A model generated the notes under the pieces. It did no database searches. It was not told the origin of the DNA and saw only the letters and a program-made list of their open reading frames with translations. Both the position numbers and the translations under genes were made by a program. A stretch of DNA of 62,463 bases, the filler included. It is 7 parts of 7 records of this genome, joined end to end, with 100 filler letters (N's around TTAATTAATTAA, not from the genome) between each part and the next. Parts side by side here need not be neighbours in the genome. Positions count along the whole stretch, not along the records: positions 1 to 12,376 come from SRR31156797_70080; 6 more parts are not named here. One strand, written 5' to 3'. This document shows, piece after piece, positions 1-10,828 of this stretch. The stretch's first letter is position 1. Every line of letters begins with the position of its first letter.

Positions 1-1532
1 GCGGCCAGCGCCACCGGCGGCGTGATCGCGCTCAATAGTGCCGAGTAGAACACGAACATGTGCGCCGCCACCGGTTCGACCCCAAGCTGCGTCAGCGTCG
101 GCGCCGCGATCATGGCGACCACGATGTAGGCGGGCGCCGTTGGCACGCCCATCCCGAGAACCAGGCACGAGATCATGACCAGGAACAACGTCAGCGGCAG
201 AAACCCCATGGAAAGATTGGTCACGATGGTGACGAACTTCAGCCCGACACCGGTGATGTCGAGGACCCCCACGACGATCCCAGCGCAGGCGCAGGACACG
301 GCAATAACCGTGCTTTGACGGGCGCCGTTGACGAGGGCGTCGAAGTAGCCCCGCACCGACAGGCGGCTCGATTTGCGGAAGGTCGAAACGACGATGAGAG
401 CGACGATGGCCATGAAGGCGGCCCGAAACGGTGTGTAGCCCATGAACAGCACGACCACGAGGAGGATCAGTGGAATGAAAAAATGCGCGCCCTCGGCGAG
501 GGTCGTTTTCATGTCCGGAAAATCCCCCGCATTGGTCGATCGCAGGCCGTGCCGTGCCGCTTCGAGATGAACCGAGGAAAAGACCGCCGTGTAATACAGC
601 AGGGCCGGAATGATGGCGGCGCCGAGAACGGTGAGATAGTTGACGCCCAGCATCTCGGCCATGATGAAGGCCGCCGCGCCCATGATCGGCGGCATCAGCT
701 GTCCGCCGGTGCTGGCGGCGGCTTCGACCGCACCGGCGTAGTCGCGGTGAAATCCCATCCGCTTCATCAACGGTATGGTGATGGTGCCGGTTCCGTAAAC
801 GTTGGCGACGGAGTGGCCGGAAACGGTGCCGAAAAGCCCGCTGGCGACGACCGCGACCTTGGCCGGGCCACCGGTCGTGCGGCCGACCAGGGCCATGCTG
901 AAATTGATGATGAACCGGGACGCGCCAGTCTGTTCCATAAACGCGCCCAAAAGGATGAAAAGAAATACAAACGTCGCCGAGACGCCGGTCGGAATGCCGA
1001 AAATCGCCTGCGTGGTCAGGAACATGTGATCGATGAATATCAACGGCGTCGGGGATTTGATCGTGAAGGGGTACGGCAGGTGCCCTCCCCACATGGCGTA
1101 GGCAACAAAGAACAGGGCGACGATCGGCAACGCCCATCCGGTCACCCGGCGCGATGCCTCGAGAACCAGCAGCATCGTGGCGACGCCGAGGGCGATATCC
1201 CAATCCGACATCGGGCCCCAGTACCATTCCCGGGTGACGATGCGATCATGGTTGATGACGAGGAAAAGCCCGATTCCCAAGGCCAGGGCCGCGATCGGAA
1301 GATCGATGCAGGCGTTCCGATGGACCGACCAGCCGGGGCGCGACGGCTTGATCAGGAAAACGAGGGAAATCAACGGGAATATATGAATCGTCCTTTGAAG
1401 ATACGCGTCGAACACACCGAACGCTCCGGTGTAAAGCTGAAATAGGCTGATGCTCACCCCGATTGTCGCCGCCAACGTTTTCATGATGAAAACGACAGGA
1501 TTTTCGGAATAGAGTTGAGCGAGCTTGTCCAT
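1..1532 (-). CDS. TRAP transporter fused 4TM/12TM permease (TAXI-associated), 3' end truncated by the window edge
   Basis: Absent from the ORF track because it has no stop. Hand translation from ATG 1532 (GGGAGA RBS) gives MDKLAQLYSENPVVFIMK...FQLYTGAFG; the frame ends ...VAAHMFVFYSALLSAITPPVALA, typical of fused TRAP permeases. Confidence 0.92.
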   Translation of the reverse strand, partial: MDKLAQLYSENPVVFIMKTLAATIGVSISLFQLYTGAFGVFDAYLQRTIHIFPLISLVFLIKPSRPGWSVHRNACIDLPIAALALGIGLFLVINHDRIVTREWYWGPMSDWDIALGVATMLLVLEASRRVTGWALPIVALFFVAYAMWGGHLPYPFTIKSPTPLIFIDHMFLTTQAIFGIPTGVSATFVFLFILLGAFMEQTGASRFIINFSMALVGRTTGGPAKVAVVASGLFGTVSGHSVANVYGTGTITIPLMKRMGFHRDYAGAVEAAASTGGQLMPPIMGAAAFIMAEMLGVNYLTVLGAAIIPALLYYTAVFSSVHLEAARHGLRSTNAGDFPDMKTTLAEGAHFFIPLILLVVVLFMGYTPFRAAFMAIVALIVVSTFRKSSRLSVRGYFDALVNGARQSTVIAVSCACAGIVVGVLDITGVGLKFVTIVTNLSMGFLPLTLFLVMISCLVLGMGVPTAPAYIVVAMIAAPTLTQLGVEPVAAHMFVFYSALLSAITPPVALA

Positions 1533-1599
1533 GGGCAGTCTCCCGGACCTGCGGCGAACCCGCGCGTTCGCCGCAGAACCAGTTCGTCAAAGCCGTGCG

Positions 1600-2598
1600 T
1601 TATTGCGTCGGAATGCCGCGCTTGTCGTAAAACGCTTTCGCGGCGGGGTGAAGCGGCAGCTTCATTCCCTTGCCCATTCCTGCCGATGTGAACCCGGAAA
1701 GTCCCGGATGAAAGCCGGCGTAACCGCGGGCATTGTCCGCGAGTGCGGTCAACATCGCTTCGACGACACCTGCGTCGACGTCGCGGTTGACGACCACCTG
1801 GCACGGGGTGAACGGCACGACGATGTCTTCACCGATACCGGGATACGTATCGGCGACGATCTTGCCCTGCGCCAGGCCGAACTTCTTGGCGGCCAGGTCG
1901 AGGAATTCGTCGTTCCATTTGAGAATCTTGATGTCGCGGGCATTTGCCAGGTCCATGACCCAACCGATTTTCGCGGAGCCGACCGCGAGGATGCCGTCGG
2001 CATGGCCATCCTTCACGAGATTGACGGCGTCGGCCCAGTTCACGAAGCTGAGGGAGCCGCCCCATTTCGCCGAGATGTCATCCCAGGAAACGCCCTGCGA
2101 TTCGAAAATGCTCCGCCAGACCAACTCGGTCGCCGAGCCCTTGTGCAGCGTCGCCAAGCGAAGCGGCAATTTTTTGGTGAAAAGGTCTCCGATCGATTCG
2201 ACGTCGGAATCCTTGCGCATGATCGCAAAAAAGTTGAATGAATTCTGCACATTGAAAAGCGCCGTCACATTAGAGAGGTCGTTTTTGTCGTATGGCGCCA
2301 CTTTGCCTTCCGCCATTGCGGCTAGCGAAACCGTCGTCGCGCCGAGATCGGATTCGCCGACGCCGACACGGGGAATGTTGCCGACGAAACCGCCGGGAAC
2401 CACCGTCAGTTCCAATCGCGGATAGGCATCCTTGACGACCTTGGACATGGCGCTCAAGAGGACGAAACCGACTCCTCCCGGCGATGCGCCCAGCGCCTTG
2501 AGGACGGATTGAACGCTTGTGTCCGGCTGCGCTGCATGGGCACCGACGGTGACGAAGACCCCGACCGCAGCGGAAAGAAGAACGGATTTAAATCGCAT
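1600..2598 (-). CDS. TAXI-family TRAP solute-binding subunit
   Basis: Signal peptide MRFKSVLLSAAVGV...AHA; GASPGG near the N-terminus; C-terminal LPLHPAAKAFY motif; lies directly upstream of the fused permease. Start moved from 2721 to ATG 2598. Confidence 0.9.
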   Translation of the reverse strand: MRFKSVLLSAAVGVFVTVGAHAAQPDTSVQSVLKALGASPGGVGFVLLSAMSKVVKDAYPRLELTVVPGGFVGNIPRVGVGESDLGATTVSLAAMAEGKVAPYDKNDLSNVTALFNVQNSFNFFAIMRKDSDVESIGDLFTKKLPLRLATLHKGSATELVWRSIFESQGVSWDDISAKWGGSLSFVNWADAVNLVKDGHADGILAVGSAKIGWVMDLANARDIKILKWNDEFLDLAAKKFGLAQGKIVADTYPGIGEDIVVPFTPCQVVVNRDVDAGVVEAMLTALADNARGYAGFHPGLSGFTSAGMGKGMKLPLHPAAKAFYDKRGIPTQ

Positions 2599-2704
2599 GG
2601 TGCGTTTCCCCCTGTTGTTGCCATGTTTCGACTGAAACAAACTTATCAGTCGTCCGGCCTTTGGCCTGAAAAGTTGGCGTCTTGAGCCGCTTGTCCCATA
2701 CAGC

Positions 2705-2720
2705 AGCAAGTCTCGTGCCA
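2705..2720 (-). promoter_or_regulatory. sigma54 (-24/-12) promoter for the TAXI-TRAP operon
   Basis: Minus strand reads TGGCACGAGACTTGCT, an exact TGGCAC-N5-TTGCW match about 105 nt upstream of the TAXI start. A sigma54 activator gene is divergent. Confidence 0.88.
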
Positions 2721-2795
2721 AAAACCTTATAAAATGTAAGGCCTTGTTTTGTATGAATTTTTTTATCCGTTGATGGCAAAGCCGTCGAAAAACGG

Positions 2796-2829
2796 TGTCT
2801 AATATCCGACAATTGACGAATAATAGACA
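2796..2829. promoter_or_regulatory. putative upstream activator sequences (two tandem TG(T/A)C-N8-GACA boxes)
   Basis: TGTCTAATATCCGACA (2796-2811) and TGACGAATAATAGACA (2814-2829), about 75-110 nt upstream of the -24 element. The first fits TGT-N10-ACA. Confidence 0.6.
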
Positions 2830-2979
2830 TGCATCAAGGGGTGAAACGTAGGCGCCGAAAAGGCGTCAAGGTGGTGCCTTTGGGCCTGTTTCCGATATCA
2901 TATTGTAATTCAATGAAATAAAATTCAGAATCTTAACGGCATATGCTGATCACGATGGGATAAGGCCAATCGGGCGGTG

Positions 2980-2995
2980 TGTCGGATATTGGTCA
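2980..2995. promoter_or_regulatory. third copy of the activator box, just before the activator RBS
   Basis: TGTCGGATATTGGTCA matches the reverse complement of box 2796-2811 (TGTCGGATATTAGACA) at 14 of 16 positions. Confidence 0.5.
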
Positions 2996-3008
2996 TATGG
3001 AGGTACGC

Positions 3009-4622
3009 ATGTCTTGGCACTCCGCAGAACGATATCAAATGCTACTTAAGATAAATAATGCAATCGTTAAGCATAAAAGCCGTGAAACTCTGTTCAAGGC
3101 ATTCGCTTCTGAGTTACATAAGATATTTCATTACGATAGATTTAGTATTTATTTATACGATTCCGTCAATGAATACCTCCGGTTCTTTGCCGAAGCCGAA
3201 GGAATCCGATTGGCCGGTATTTATAATTCTTCGCGTCCACTTGAGAAGAAGGTTGTCGCGAGTGCCGCCATTCGCTCCCGCAAACCGGTAATCATTTCAG
3301 ATCTCCGTTCGGTAGCCGATACCTATGCGGTCAGCAACATGCTGACTGTTGGGCTGAGGGCCACCATCGTTTTTCCGATGATCGTTCGCGACGAGGTTCT
3401 TGGAACCATTCATTTCGGTTTTCGGAAGGCGCCAAAGAACATGAACGACCTCGTCGACTTCCTCACCGAAGTGGCGACACAGGCCGCAATCGCCGTCGAC
3501 AACATGTTGTCCTACACCAAGTTGCGGGAGGTGAACGAGAACCTCGAACGGCAGAAACGCTTTCTGCAAAGCCAAACCAACGAAGGATACGATCCGAACG
3601 CCTTTTCCTTTTCCAGTCCGGCCATGCAATCGGTGCTGACGCAGGCGGAAATGATCGCCGAAACCGACGCATCGGTCTTGATTTCGGGTGAAACCGGTAC
3701 CGGGAAAGACTACCTGGCCCATCACATCCACCATCTGAGCCCCCGCCGCGACGCGCTGCTGGTCAAGATCACCTGTCCGGCATTGGCTTCCAGCCTGCTC
3801 GAAAGCGAACTGTTCGGCCACGCCAAGGGCGCCTTCACCGGAGCCGATACTCCCCGTATCGGGCGATTCGAACTGGCATCGGGGGGCACGGTTTTTCTGG
3901 ATGAGATCGGTGATCTTCCACTCCAGCTTCAGGCCAAAATCCTGAACGTCCTCCAGGATCGCGCGTTTGAACGGGTCGGAGAAAGCCGGCCGATCAATGT
4001 CGACTTCAGGCTTATCGCGGCAACCAACCGAAATCTCGAACAAAGCGTAAGGGACGGTTCATTTCGATCCGATCTGTATTACCGGCTGAATACCGTTTGC
4101 CTCCATATCCCGCCCTTGCGCGATCGGGTCGAGGACATTCCCCTTCTGTTGATGCGAATCAATGAGACGCAATCGCGGAATATGCAACGGGATCCGGCCA
4201 TCTATCCGAACGAAGTGGTTGATCTGCTTTGCCAATATCCGTGGCCGGGAAACATTCGTGAACTGATGAACCTGGTAAGCCGGATGGTCATCCTGCGCAG
4301 CGGCCACGTGGTGACCGTTCATGATATCCACAGCCATCTTTTCTCGATTTCCCAAGACCAGCCGTCCACCTTGCAGGAAAGCGACGGATCCAGGTTCCTG
4401 ACGCTTGATGAAGCAGAACGCGCCCATTTGGAGCGCGCGTTGATAAAGGCAAACGGCACGGTCGCCGGCCGCGGTGGTGCCGCCGCATTGCTGGGTATCC
4501 CTCGATCGACCTTGAACTATCGAATGAAACGCCTGGGTTTGAATCCCGTCGAATATCGGTCATTGGCGACGCGGGACTTTCCGGGAAATCGCCGAACCGG
4601 CCAATCTGTCATCCCGGCGTAA
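3009..4622 (+). CDS. sigma54-dependent activator, GAF-AAA+-HTH (FhlA/NifA-like architecture)
   Basis: GETGTGK Walker [30 protein letters not shown] and a C-terminal HTH ([16 protein letters not shown]). GGAGG RBS precedes ATG 3009. Confidence 0.93.
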   Translation: MSWHSAERYQMLLKINNAIVKHKSRETLFKAFASELHKIFHYDRFSIYLYDSVNEYLRFFAEAEGIRLAGIYNSSRPLEKKVVASAAIRSRKPVIISDLRSVADTYAVSNMLTVGLRATIVFPMIVRDEVLGTIHFGFRKAPKNMNDLVDFLTEVATQAAIAVDNMLSYTKLREVNENLERQKRFLQSQTNEGYDPNAFSFSSPAMQSVLTQAEMIAETDASVLISGETGTGKDYLAHHIHHLSPRRDALLVKITCPALASSLLESELFGHAKGAFTGADTPRIGRFELASGGTVFLDEIGDLPLQLQAKILNVLQDRAFERVGESRPINVDFRLIAATNRNLEQSVRDGSFRSDLYYRLNTVCLHIPPLRDRVEDIPLLLMRINETQSRNMQRDPAIYPNEVVDLLCQYPWPGNIRELMNLVSRMVILRSGHVVTVHDIHSHLFSISQDQPSTLQESDGSRFLTLDEAERAHLERALIKANGTVAGRGGAAALLGIPRSTLNYRMKRLGLNPVEYRSLATRDFPGNRRTGQSVIPA

Positions 4623-4653
4623 CCCGACGGGCTGGGATCGGCATCCTGCCGGG

Positions 4654-5589
4654 CTACCCGCCGTCCAGGCGCAGGCCCGATCTTTTTGCGGCCCGCAAGG
4701 CTTCGGAGAGTTCCTGATCGGTTGGCCGGCGGTCGATGTCCGGCTGCTCGCAGGCGCGATGGCAGGGCCGATACTGGGCCATGACATTGACGTAGGTGTC
4801 GGCCGAGATCTCGTCGGCCAGGAAACGGAGAATTTCCAGGGTGCCGGCCAATTCGTTCGGCATGATCAGGTGGCGCACCAGCAGGCCGCGCCGGGCGACG
4901 CCGTCCCTGTCCATGACCAGATCGCCGACCTGCCTGTACATTTCGCGCACCGCGGTGCGGTTGACGGGGCCATAATCGCGGACCTTCGAAAGGCGCCGGC
5001 CGATGCCGCTGTCGTCGTATTTCATGTCGGGCATATAGATGTCGACAATGCCGTCCAGCAGTTCGAGCGCCTGCGGGCTGTCGTAGCCGCCGGTGTTATA
5101 AACGATGGGAAGTGTCAGGCCGGCTTCGGCGGCGATCGAAACGGCTTCGATCACCTGGGCGACGACATGGCTGGGGCTGACCAGATTGATGTTGTGGCAG
5201 CCCTGCTCCTGCAGATGCAGCATGATCGCGGCGATTTCGTCGGCCTCCATTTCGCGGCCCTGGCCGCGCCAGCTGATGTCCCAGTTCTGGCAGAATAGGC
5301 AGCGCAGGTTGCACCAGGCAAAAAAGATGGTGCCGGAACCGAGCCGTCCGACCAGGGGCGGCTCCTCGCCGAAATGCGGCCCGAAGGAGGAAACGACGGC
5401 GCGCGTCCCGGTCCGGCAGGCGGCGCCTTTGACCGAGACCGTGCGATCGACCCGGCAATTCCGAGCGCAAAGATCGCAGTCGGTCAAATGCCGCGCCGCG
5501 GTTTCGGCCCGGCGCCGCAGTTTACCGGAACGGTGCAGACACAGGTAGGCGGCCTCGAACCGAGGACCCGATTTCGGCGAAGCGGTCAT
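4654..5589 (-). CDS. pflX: PflX-family radical SAM protein
   Basis: CDLCARNC, HFGEEPPL, GSGTIFF, CNLRCLFCQN radical SAM motif, YMPDMKY, GLLVRHL, MAQYRP. Confidence 0.88.
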   Translation of the reverse strand: MTASPKSGPRFEAAYLCLHRSGKLRRRAETAARHLTDCDLCARNCRVDRTVSVKGAACRTGTRAVVSSFGPHFGEEPPLVGRLGSGTIFFAWCNLRCLFCQNWDISWRGQGREMEADEIAAIMLHLQEQGCHNINLVSPSHVVAQVIEAVSIAAEAGLTLPIVYNTGGYDSPQALELLDGIVDIYMPDMKYDDSGIGRRLSKVRDYGPVNRTAVREMYRQVGDLVMDRDGVARRGLLVRHLIMPNELAGTLEILRFLADEISADTYVNVMAQYRPCHRACEQPDIDRRPTDQELSEALRAAKRSGLRLDGG

Positions 5590-5619
5590 GCTGCCCTCGC
5601 CTGTTGTGTTTATGGCGCC

Positions 5620-7908
5620 TTACTTCGAGGTGGCGACGTAAACGCCATCCCAGCCGTCGCCGGGCGGATCGGCTTTGTATTCGGTCATGCGCTCGGCGTA
5701 GATGTCGTAGAAGTTGTTCAGGTTGAAGCCGTTGGTGATCTCGCGGCAGCCGGTCAGTTTGTCCTGGGCTTCGTCCCAGCGTTGACCGCGATAGGCATCG
5801 AGCATTTCGTCGTGAAGCCCGTTCAACGCGATAAAGGAATTGCTTTCGCGGATGTTTTCATCGCCGAGAAGGGTATGGATGCGCACCGCCTCGGTCTTGC
5901 CCTTGACCTTGATCAGATCGAGTTCCAGCGTTGCCAGGCTGGGCGCCCGGGCCAGCGTATTTTCGCCGATGACGATATCGACGGCGTAGGTCTTGCACTG
6001 CCCTTCAAGGCGCGAGGCCAGGTTGACCTGATCGCCGAGGATGGAATAGTCGAAACGCTGTTCCGATCCCATGTTACCGACGACGACCTCGCCGGAATTG
6101 ACGCCGGTACCGATCTTGAGCGGAATATGCTTGCGTCCGTCGGCGATGGCTTCGGCTTCCAGGCGGTCGTTCAACGGCCCCATTTCCTCGTTCATGGCAA
6201 GCGCCGCCATGCAGGCGTTGCGGGCGTGTTCGGGATCGTCCAGGGGGGCGTTCCAGAAGGCCATGATGCAGTCGCCCATGTATTTGTCGACCGTGCCCTG
6301 GCGTTTCATGATGAGGTCGGTCTACGGCGTCAGCAGCTTGTTGATCAACTGCGTCAGCCCTTCGGCGTCGAACTGTTCGGATATGGTCGTGAAACCGCGA
6401 ACGTCGCAGAACAGCATGGTCATGTCGCGGGTTTCGCCACCCAGCGCCAGTTGGCTGGGGTCTTCAGCCAGCTTTTCGACCATCGCCGGAGCCAGATAGA
6501 AGCCGAAGGCGTCGCGCACCTGTTTTCGTTCGGCTTCTTCGCGGGCGTAACCCGTGTAGGTCAGGATCACATAAAGCGCCAGGATCGAAATGACCGCGAA
6601 AAACGCGTCGAAGAGGATGCGCTCTTCCGCGAACAGATACCACGACGTATAGGCGGCGGACGAGGCGATAATGGCAAATACCAGCAAGGTCCAACGGGCG
6701 CCGACGGCCGGCACCAGCCAGATCATCAGCAGGCCGCCGAAGAAGATCAGCGACAACTCGGCCCCGTTGATGTAGCCGGGCCGGGTCAGGAACCCGCCAT
6801 AGGCAACCGATTCGATCAACTGCGCGTGGACCTCGACCCCCGGAAAATAGGCATCGATGGGCGTTTGACGAATATCGAACAGGCCGACGGCCGAGGTTCC
6901 GACGATGGCCATGCGCCCCTTGATGATGTTGGCATCCGCCGTCCCGGCCAAAACTTCCACCGCCGGCACGTATTTGTCCTTGTCGCTTTTGCTGAAATAG
7001 GGCCAGGCGCGGCCCTTGTTATCGGTCGGCACGCCCAGCTTCTTGGTGACGCGAACGGCCTGGATGCCCAGTTGGTTGGTTTCGACCAGGATGGTGCGCC
7101 GACCGGTGGCGACGCGCAGCATCTCGACCGCCAGCGACGGGTAAAGCCCGCCGTCATAGGAAAACAGCGTCGGCACCCGCCGCACAACGCCGTCCGGCTC
7201 CGAAACGACCGAAAAGATACCGTGGCCGGCGGCGGCCTTTTCGATGACCGGAACGTTGCGAACCAACGACTGGAAATTCGGCAGATACCCGTGCGGCTTC
7301 GGGCCCTTAAGAGCAACCGATTTCTTTACCGGGGGTCTGACTTCGGTGTCTTGTTGTCGCCAATAGCCGGCTTGGCCGAGGACGACCCGCTTACCTTTGA
7401 TCAGTTGCGCAAAAATGGCGTCGTTGCCGTCTTTTGGCATCTTCCGCAGACGTTCCTTGGTCTCCTCGTCCAGGCCGTAGACGGAGTTGACGACATTGCC
7501 CGGATTCATCCGGTCGCTTTCCGGGAAGACAACGTCGAAGGCGACAACGGAGGCGCCCAACTGAAACAGGTTCTGCACCAGTTGCGCCAGGACCGGGCGC
7601 GACCAGGGCCATTGCCCGACCTCGGCCAGGCTTCTTTCGTCGAGGTCGATGATGACGACCGGTTTTTTCTCGGGCGGCGGGATTTCGCGCGGTTTCCAGC
7701 GCTGAAACATATCGAAGGTCTTAAGGCGGACGAATTCGACCGGATAGGGATCGGCAACGAAGGCGGTCAAACAACCGGCCAGGACGACCATTCCGATCAG
7801 GCGATCGAAACTGAAGACCCGGCGAAAAAAGGATTTGCCGCCGCTTTTTTTCTTGCCGGATATACGTGCGAACAACCGTCCGATCATATTTGTCTTGCGG
7901 AAGACCAC
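5620..7908 (-). pseudogene. CHASE2-domain class III adenylate cyclase interrupted by one in-frame TAG at 6322-6324
   Basis: ORFs 6322-7908 and 5620-6309 are in the same frame: ...INKLLTP*TDLIMKRQGTVDKYMGDC. Motifs: CHASE2 (GQWPWSR, PGVEVHAQ), TM helices, FCDVRGFT, GDQVNLASRLE. The start may instead be ATG 7887. Confidence 0.85.
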
Positions 7909-8419
7909 CCGCCGGCGGTCCTTAAATCCGCCCCCCTCCGAAGCCTAGAACGAACCCGCGGCCACGCGGCCGCAACCCATTATAACGGTTGCCGCCAAAC
8001 TTTCGAGACCGGCCCGCGTGTGCTTCCACTAGAGCGGGCCGGGACAGCCGGGTCAACCTCTAACTAAGTCGGGGCTCTTTCCGGAATCAATTCTTTCCAT
8101 ATTGCCAATCATTTTGCCAATCGACAGCCCAGGTCACGCAACAAAAAATTAACGAATCGGTCGGTATTCTCACCGAAACGGGGGGAAATGGGGAGATTCC
8201 GATGATCCGGTAAACGGGTGTATTTGGCACCATATTTGCTGATGCTGTGGAAAAACCGTGCAAATTCCTCGTTTGCATGTTATCTTTTTCTTGTATGTTG
8301 TTGTTATTGTTAAATATTTTATGACAGAACGATTTCGGCCGGGAGATTAGGGTGGATGAAACCCCTGGATTCCCGGCAAAAATGATTCGTTAAGAATTTA
8401 CGGAGAGAATGCTTCGCAT

Positions 8420-10828
8420 ATGAGCGCGCCCTCAAATCGAAGCTGGCTCCGGTCGTTTCTGAAGCCGATTTTACCGGTCTTCCGCGAAGTTTTGGCGATG
8501 TCGTTTTTCGTCAATATCCTCGCGCTGGCCGTACCGGTATTCACGCTGCAGGTATACGACCGGGTCGTCTTCCATGCCGGCATCAGCACCCTTCAGGGGT
8601 TGGTGATGGGCATGATGTTTGTGCTCGTCTTCGATTACGTTCTTCGGCAATCCCGATCGCGGATCATGCAACGCGTCGCCCTTAGGGTCGACGTCATCGT
8701 CGGCCGCCAGGTTTTCGAAAAATTCATGTCGCTGCCGATGAGCACCCTGGAAACGAAACCGGGCGCCCATTGGCAATCCCTGTTCCGCGACGTCGACGTC
8801 GTTCGCAACACCCTTTCCGGGGCCTCGGCCATTCTGATTGCCGACCTGCCCTTCGCCATTCTGTTCCTCGGCGTCATTTTCGTCGTGGCGCCGGCCATCG
8901 CCTGGGTGCTGCTGGTGCTGTTGCCGATTTTCGCGTTTGTCGCCTGGCGGTCCGGCGCCGTCATGGCCAACGCCAACGCCGACGAGCGGGAAACGACGCA
9001 AAGCCGCGACAGCCTGATCTCCGAGATCATCGCCGGACGCACCACCATCAAGGCATTGTCGTTGGATCGTGCCATGCGGCCGATCTGGGAAGACAAACAC
9101 GCCGAAAACATCGAACGTGCCGCCAACCGCGGCGGCAAGGCCGATACCTATACCAACCTCGGCGGCACCCTGACCATGCTGACGACGATCTGCATGACGA
9201 CGATCGGATCGATCGCCATCATCGACCAGCGCCTGACCATGGGCGGACTGATCGCCACCAACATGCTGTCCGGACGGTTGATCGGCCCCTTGAACCAGTT
9301 GGTCAATCAGTGGCGCACCTATTCGAACTTCAAGCAGGCGGTCGAACGGCTTGGCGAATTTTTCGCCGAAACCAGCGAACGGATAGAAAGCGAAATCAAG
9401 CTTGAAAAGCCGCGCGGCGAAATCTCTGTCGAAAACGCCGTCTTCTCGTACACGGATGAAGGGGCGAAGGTCGTCGACAGCGTCACCATCAAGATCGAAC
9501 AGGGCGGCATCAGTGCCCTTGTCGGGCGCAACGGCAGCGGCAAAACGACTTTGCTGAAGATCCTGCAGGGGCTGTATATGCCGACGTCGGGCCGTGTATT
9601 GCTGGACGGTGCCGATATCAGCCAGTTCTCGCGTTCGGAACTGGCCACCTGGATCGGCTATGTGCCGCAGGAAAACGTGCTGTTCGCCGGAACCATTCGC
9701 GATAATATCGCCCATCGCATTCCCGACGCGACGGACGACGAAATCGTTCGCGCCTCCAAGGCGTCGGGCGTTCACCATTTCATCATCGATCTTCCGGACG
9801 GCTATGCCAGCGACATCGGCGAAGCCGGTCAGCGTCTATCCGGCGGCCAGCGGCAGCGCATCGCCATCGCCCGCGCCCTCGTCGGCGATCCGCCGGTGCT
9901 GCTGCTGGACGAACCGTCGAGCAGTCTGGATCGGCAGGCCGAGCATGAACTGCGGAAGACCCTGGAAGAAATCGGCAAGACCTGCACGGTCGTGATCGTC
10001 ACCCACAGCCCAATTCTGTTGTCGGCGTGCCGCGACCTGGTGGCGCTCGATCGCGGCAAGGTCGCCCTGGCCGGACCGGCCAGCGATATCCTGCCGAGAC
10101 TGTTTGGCGCCGGCGCCCGTCCGTCCAGGCCGCCCGAAGAGACGCCTGCTTTGGACGAGAAAGCAGCAGCGGCTGAACCTTCGAAGAAAACCGAAAAAAA
10201 AGTCGCCGAGGCAACAGTCCCGAAAGCCGACAAGACGCCTGCCAAAGCCGACGGCAAGGTTACACCGATGGTACCGCCGTCGCGGCGCCGAAAGGCCGCT
10301 GCCGAAGAGGTCGATGACAAGGCGGTTGCCAAAACCGCTCCCGCGGCAAGGAAAAAGGCCGAAGCCAGCCCATTGCTGCAGTCTTTGACCGCCGCCGAAA
10401 CAGGCGCCGAAACCATTGCCGGTGAGAAAAAAGCGCCCCGGCGCAAAAAAGATGTAGCGCCCAGCCCCTTGTTGGAATCCCTTGGAGCCCCCAAATCCAA
10501 GGAACCGGAGTTGGAACCCGCGGCGGAAGCCGAGTACGAGGATGACAACGTTGCGACGATTTCGCCGCCTTCGGGAATACCGGTCACGGCACTGGATGAT
10601 GCGGAACAGAAACCGAAATCGAAGCCCATTCTACGGGTTGCGCCGGCTGAACATTCACCGGTTCCGGACGCCGTGAACGACGAATTGGATGGCGAGTTTG
10701 AAATGCCCTCCCGCCCGCCCCGCGGCACCAAGCCGCGGCTTGTCGTCAAACAAGGCGGCAGGCAGTTAACCGGGACCAACGGAATGGGGCCGTCGCCGGA
10801 TCTGTCGGATGATGAGATCGATGAATGA
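8420..10828 (+). CDS. type I secretion ABC transporter (permease/ATPase) with a long low-complexity C-terminal tail
   Basis: FTLQVYDRV, GRNGSGKT, LSGGQRQR, LLLDEP. No C39 domain. Followed by a HlyD gene with ATGA overlap. Confidence 0.93.
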   Translation: MSAPSNRSWLRSFLKPILPVFREVLAMSFFVNILALAVPVFTLQVYDRVVFHAGISTLQGLVMGMMFVLVFDYVLRQSRSRIMQRVALRVDVIVGRQVFEKFMSLPMSTLETKPGAHWQSLFRDVDVVRNTLSGASAILIADLPFAILFLGVIFVVAPAIAWVLLVLLPIFAFVAWRSGAVMANANADERETTQSRDSLISEIIAGRTTIKALSLDRAMRPIWEDKHAENIERAANRGGKADTYTNLGGTLTMLTTICMTTIGSIAIIDQRLTMGGLIATNMLSGRLIGPLNQLVNQWRTYSNFKQAVERLGEFFAETSERIESEIKLEKPRGEISVENAVFSYTDEGAKVVDSVTIKIEQGGISALVGRNGSGKTTLLKILQGLYMPTSGRVLLDGADISQFSRSELATWIGYVPQENVLFAGTIRDNIAHRIPDATDDEIVRASKASGVHHFIIDLPDGYASDIGEAGQRLSGGQRQRIAIARALVGDPPVLLLDEPSSSLDRQAEHELRKTLEEIGKTCTVVIVTHSPILLSACRDLVALDRGKVALAGPASDILPRLFGAGARPSRPPEETPALDEKAAAAEPSKKTEKKVAEATVPKADKTPAKADGKVTPMVPPSRRRKAAAEEVDDKAVAKTAPAARKKAEASPLLQSLTAAETGAETIAGEKKAPRRKKDVAPSPLLESLGAPKSKEPELEPAAEAEYEDDNVATISPPSGIPVTALDDAEQKPKSKPILRVAPAEHSPVPDAVNDELDGEFEMPSRPPRGTKPRLVVKQGGRQLTGTNGMGPSPDLSDDEIDE

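Noticed and set aside
6322-6324. Pyrrolysine or TAG reassignment as the explanation for the cyclase stop
   Set aside because: No pyl genes are visible, TAG ends pflX normally on the same contig (4654-4656), and the position is normally a hydrophobic residue.
5374-8067. 897-aa plus-strand ORF, and similar long ORFs (60-1445, 8471-9778, 12782-13900, 15687-17150, 30019-31575, 32300-33631)
   Set aside because: Antisense shadows of well-supported genes in GC-rich DNA, with no recognisable motifs.
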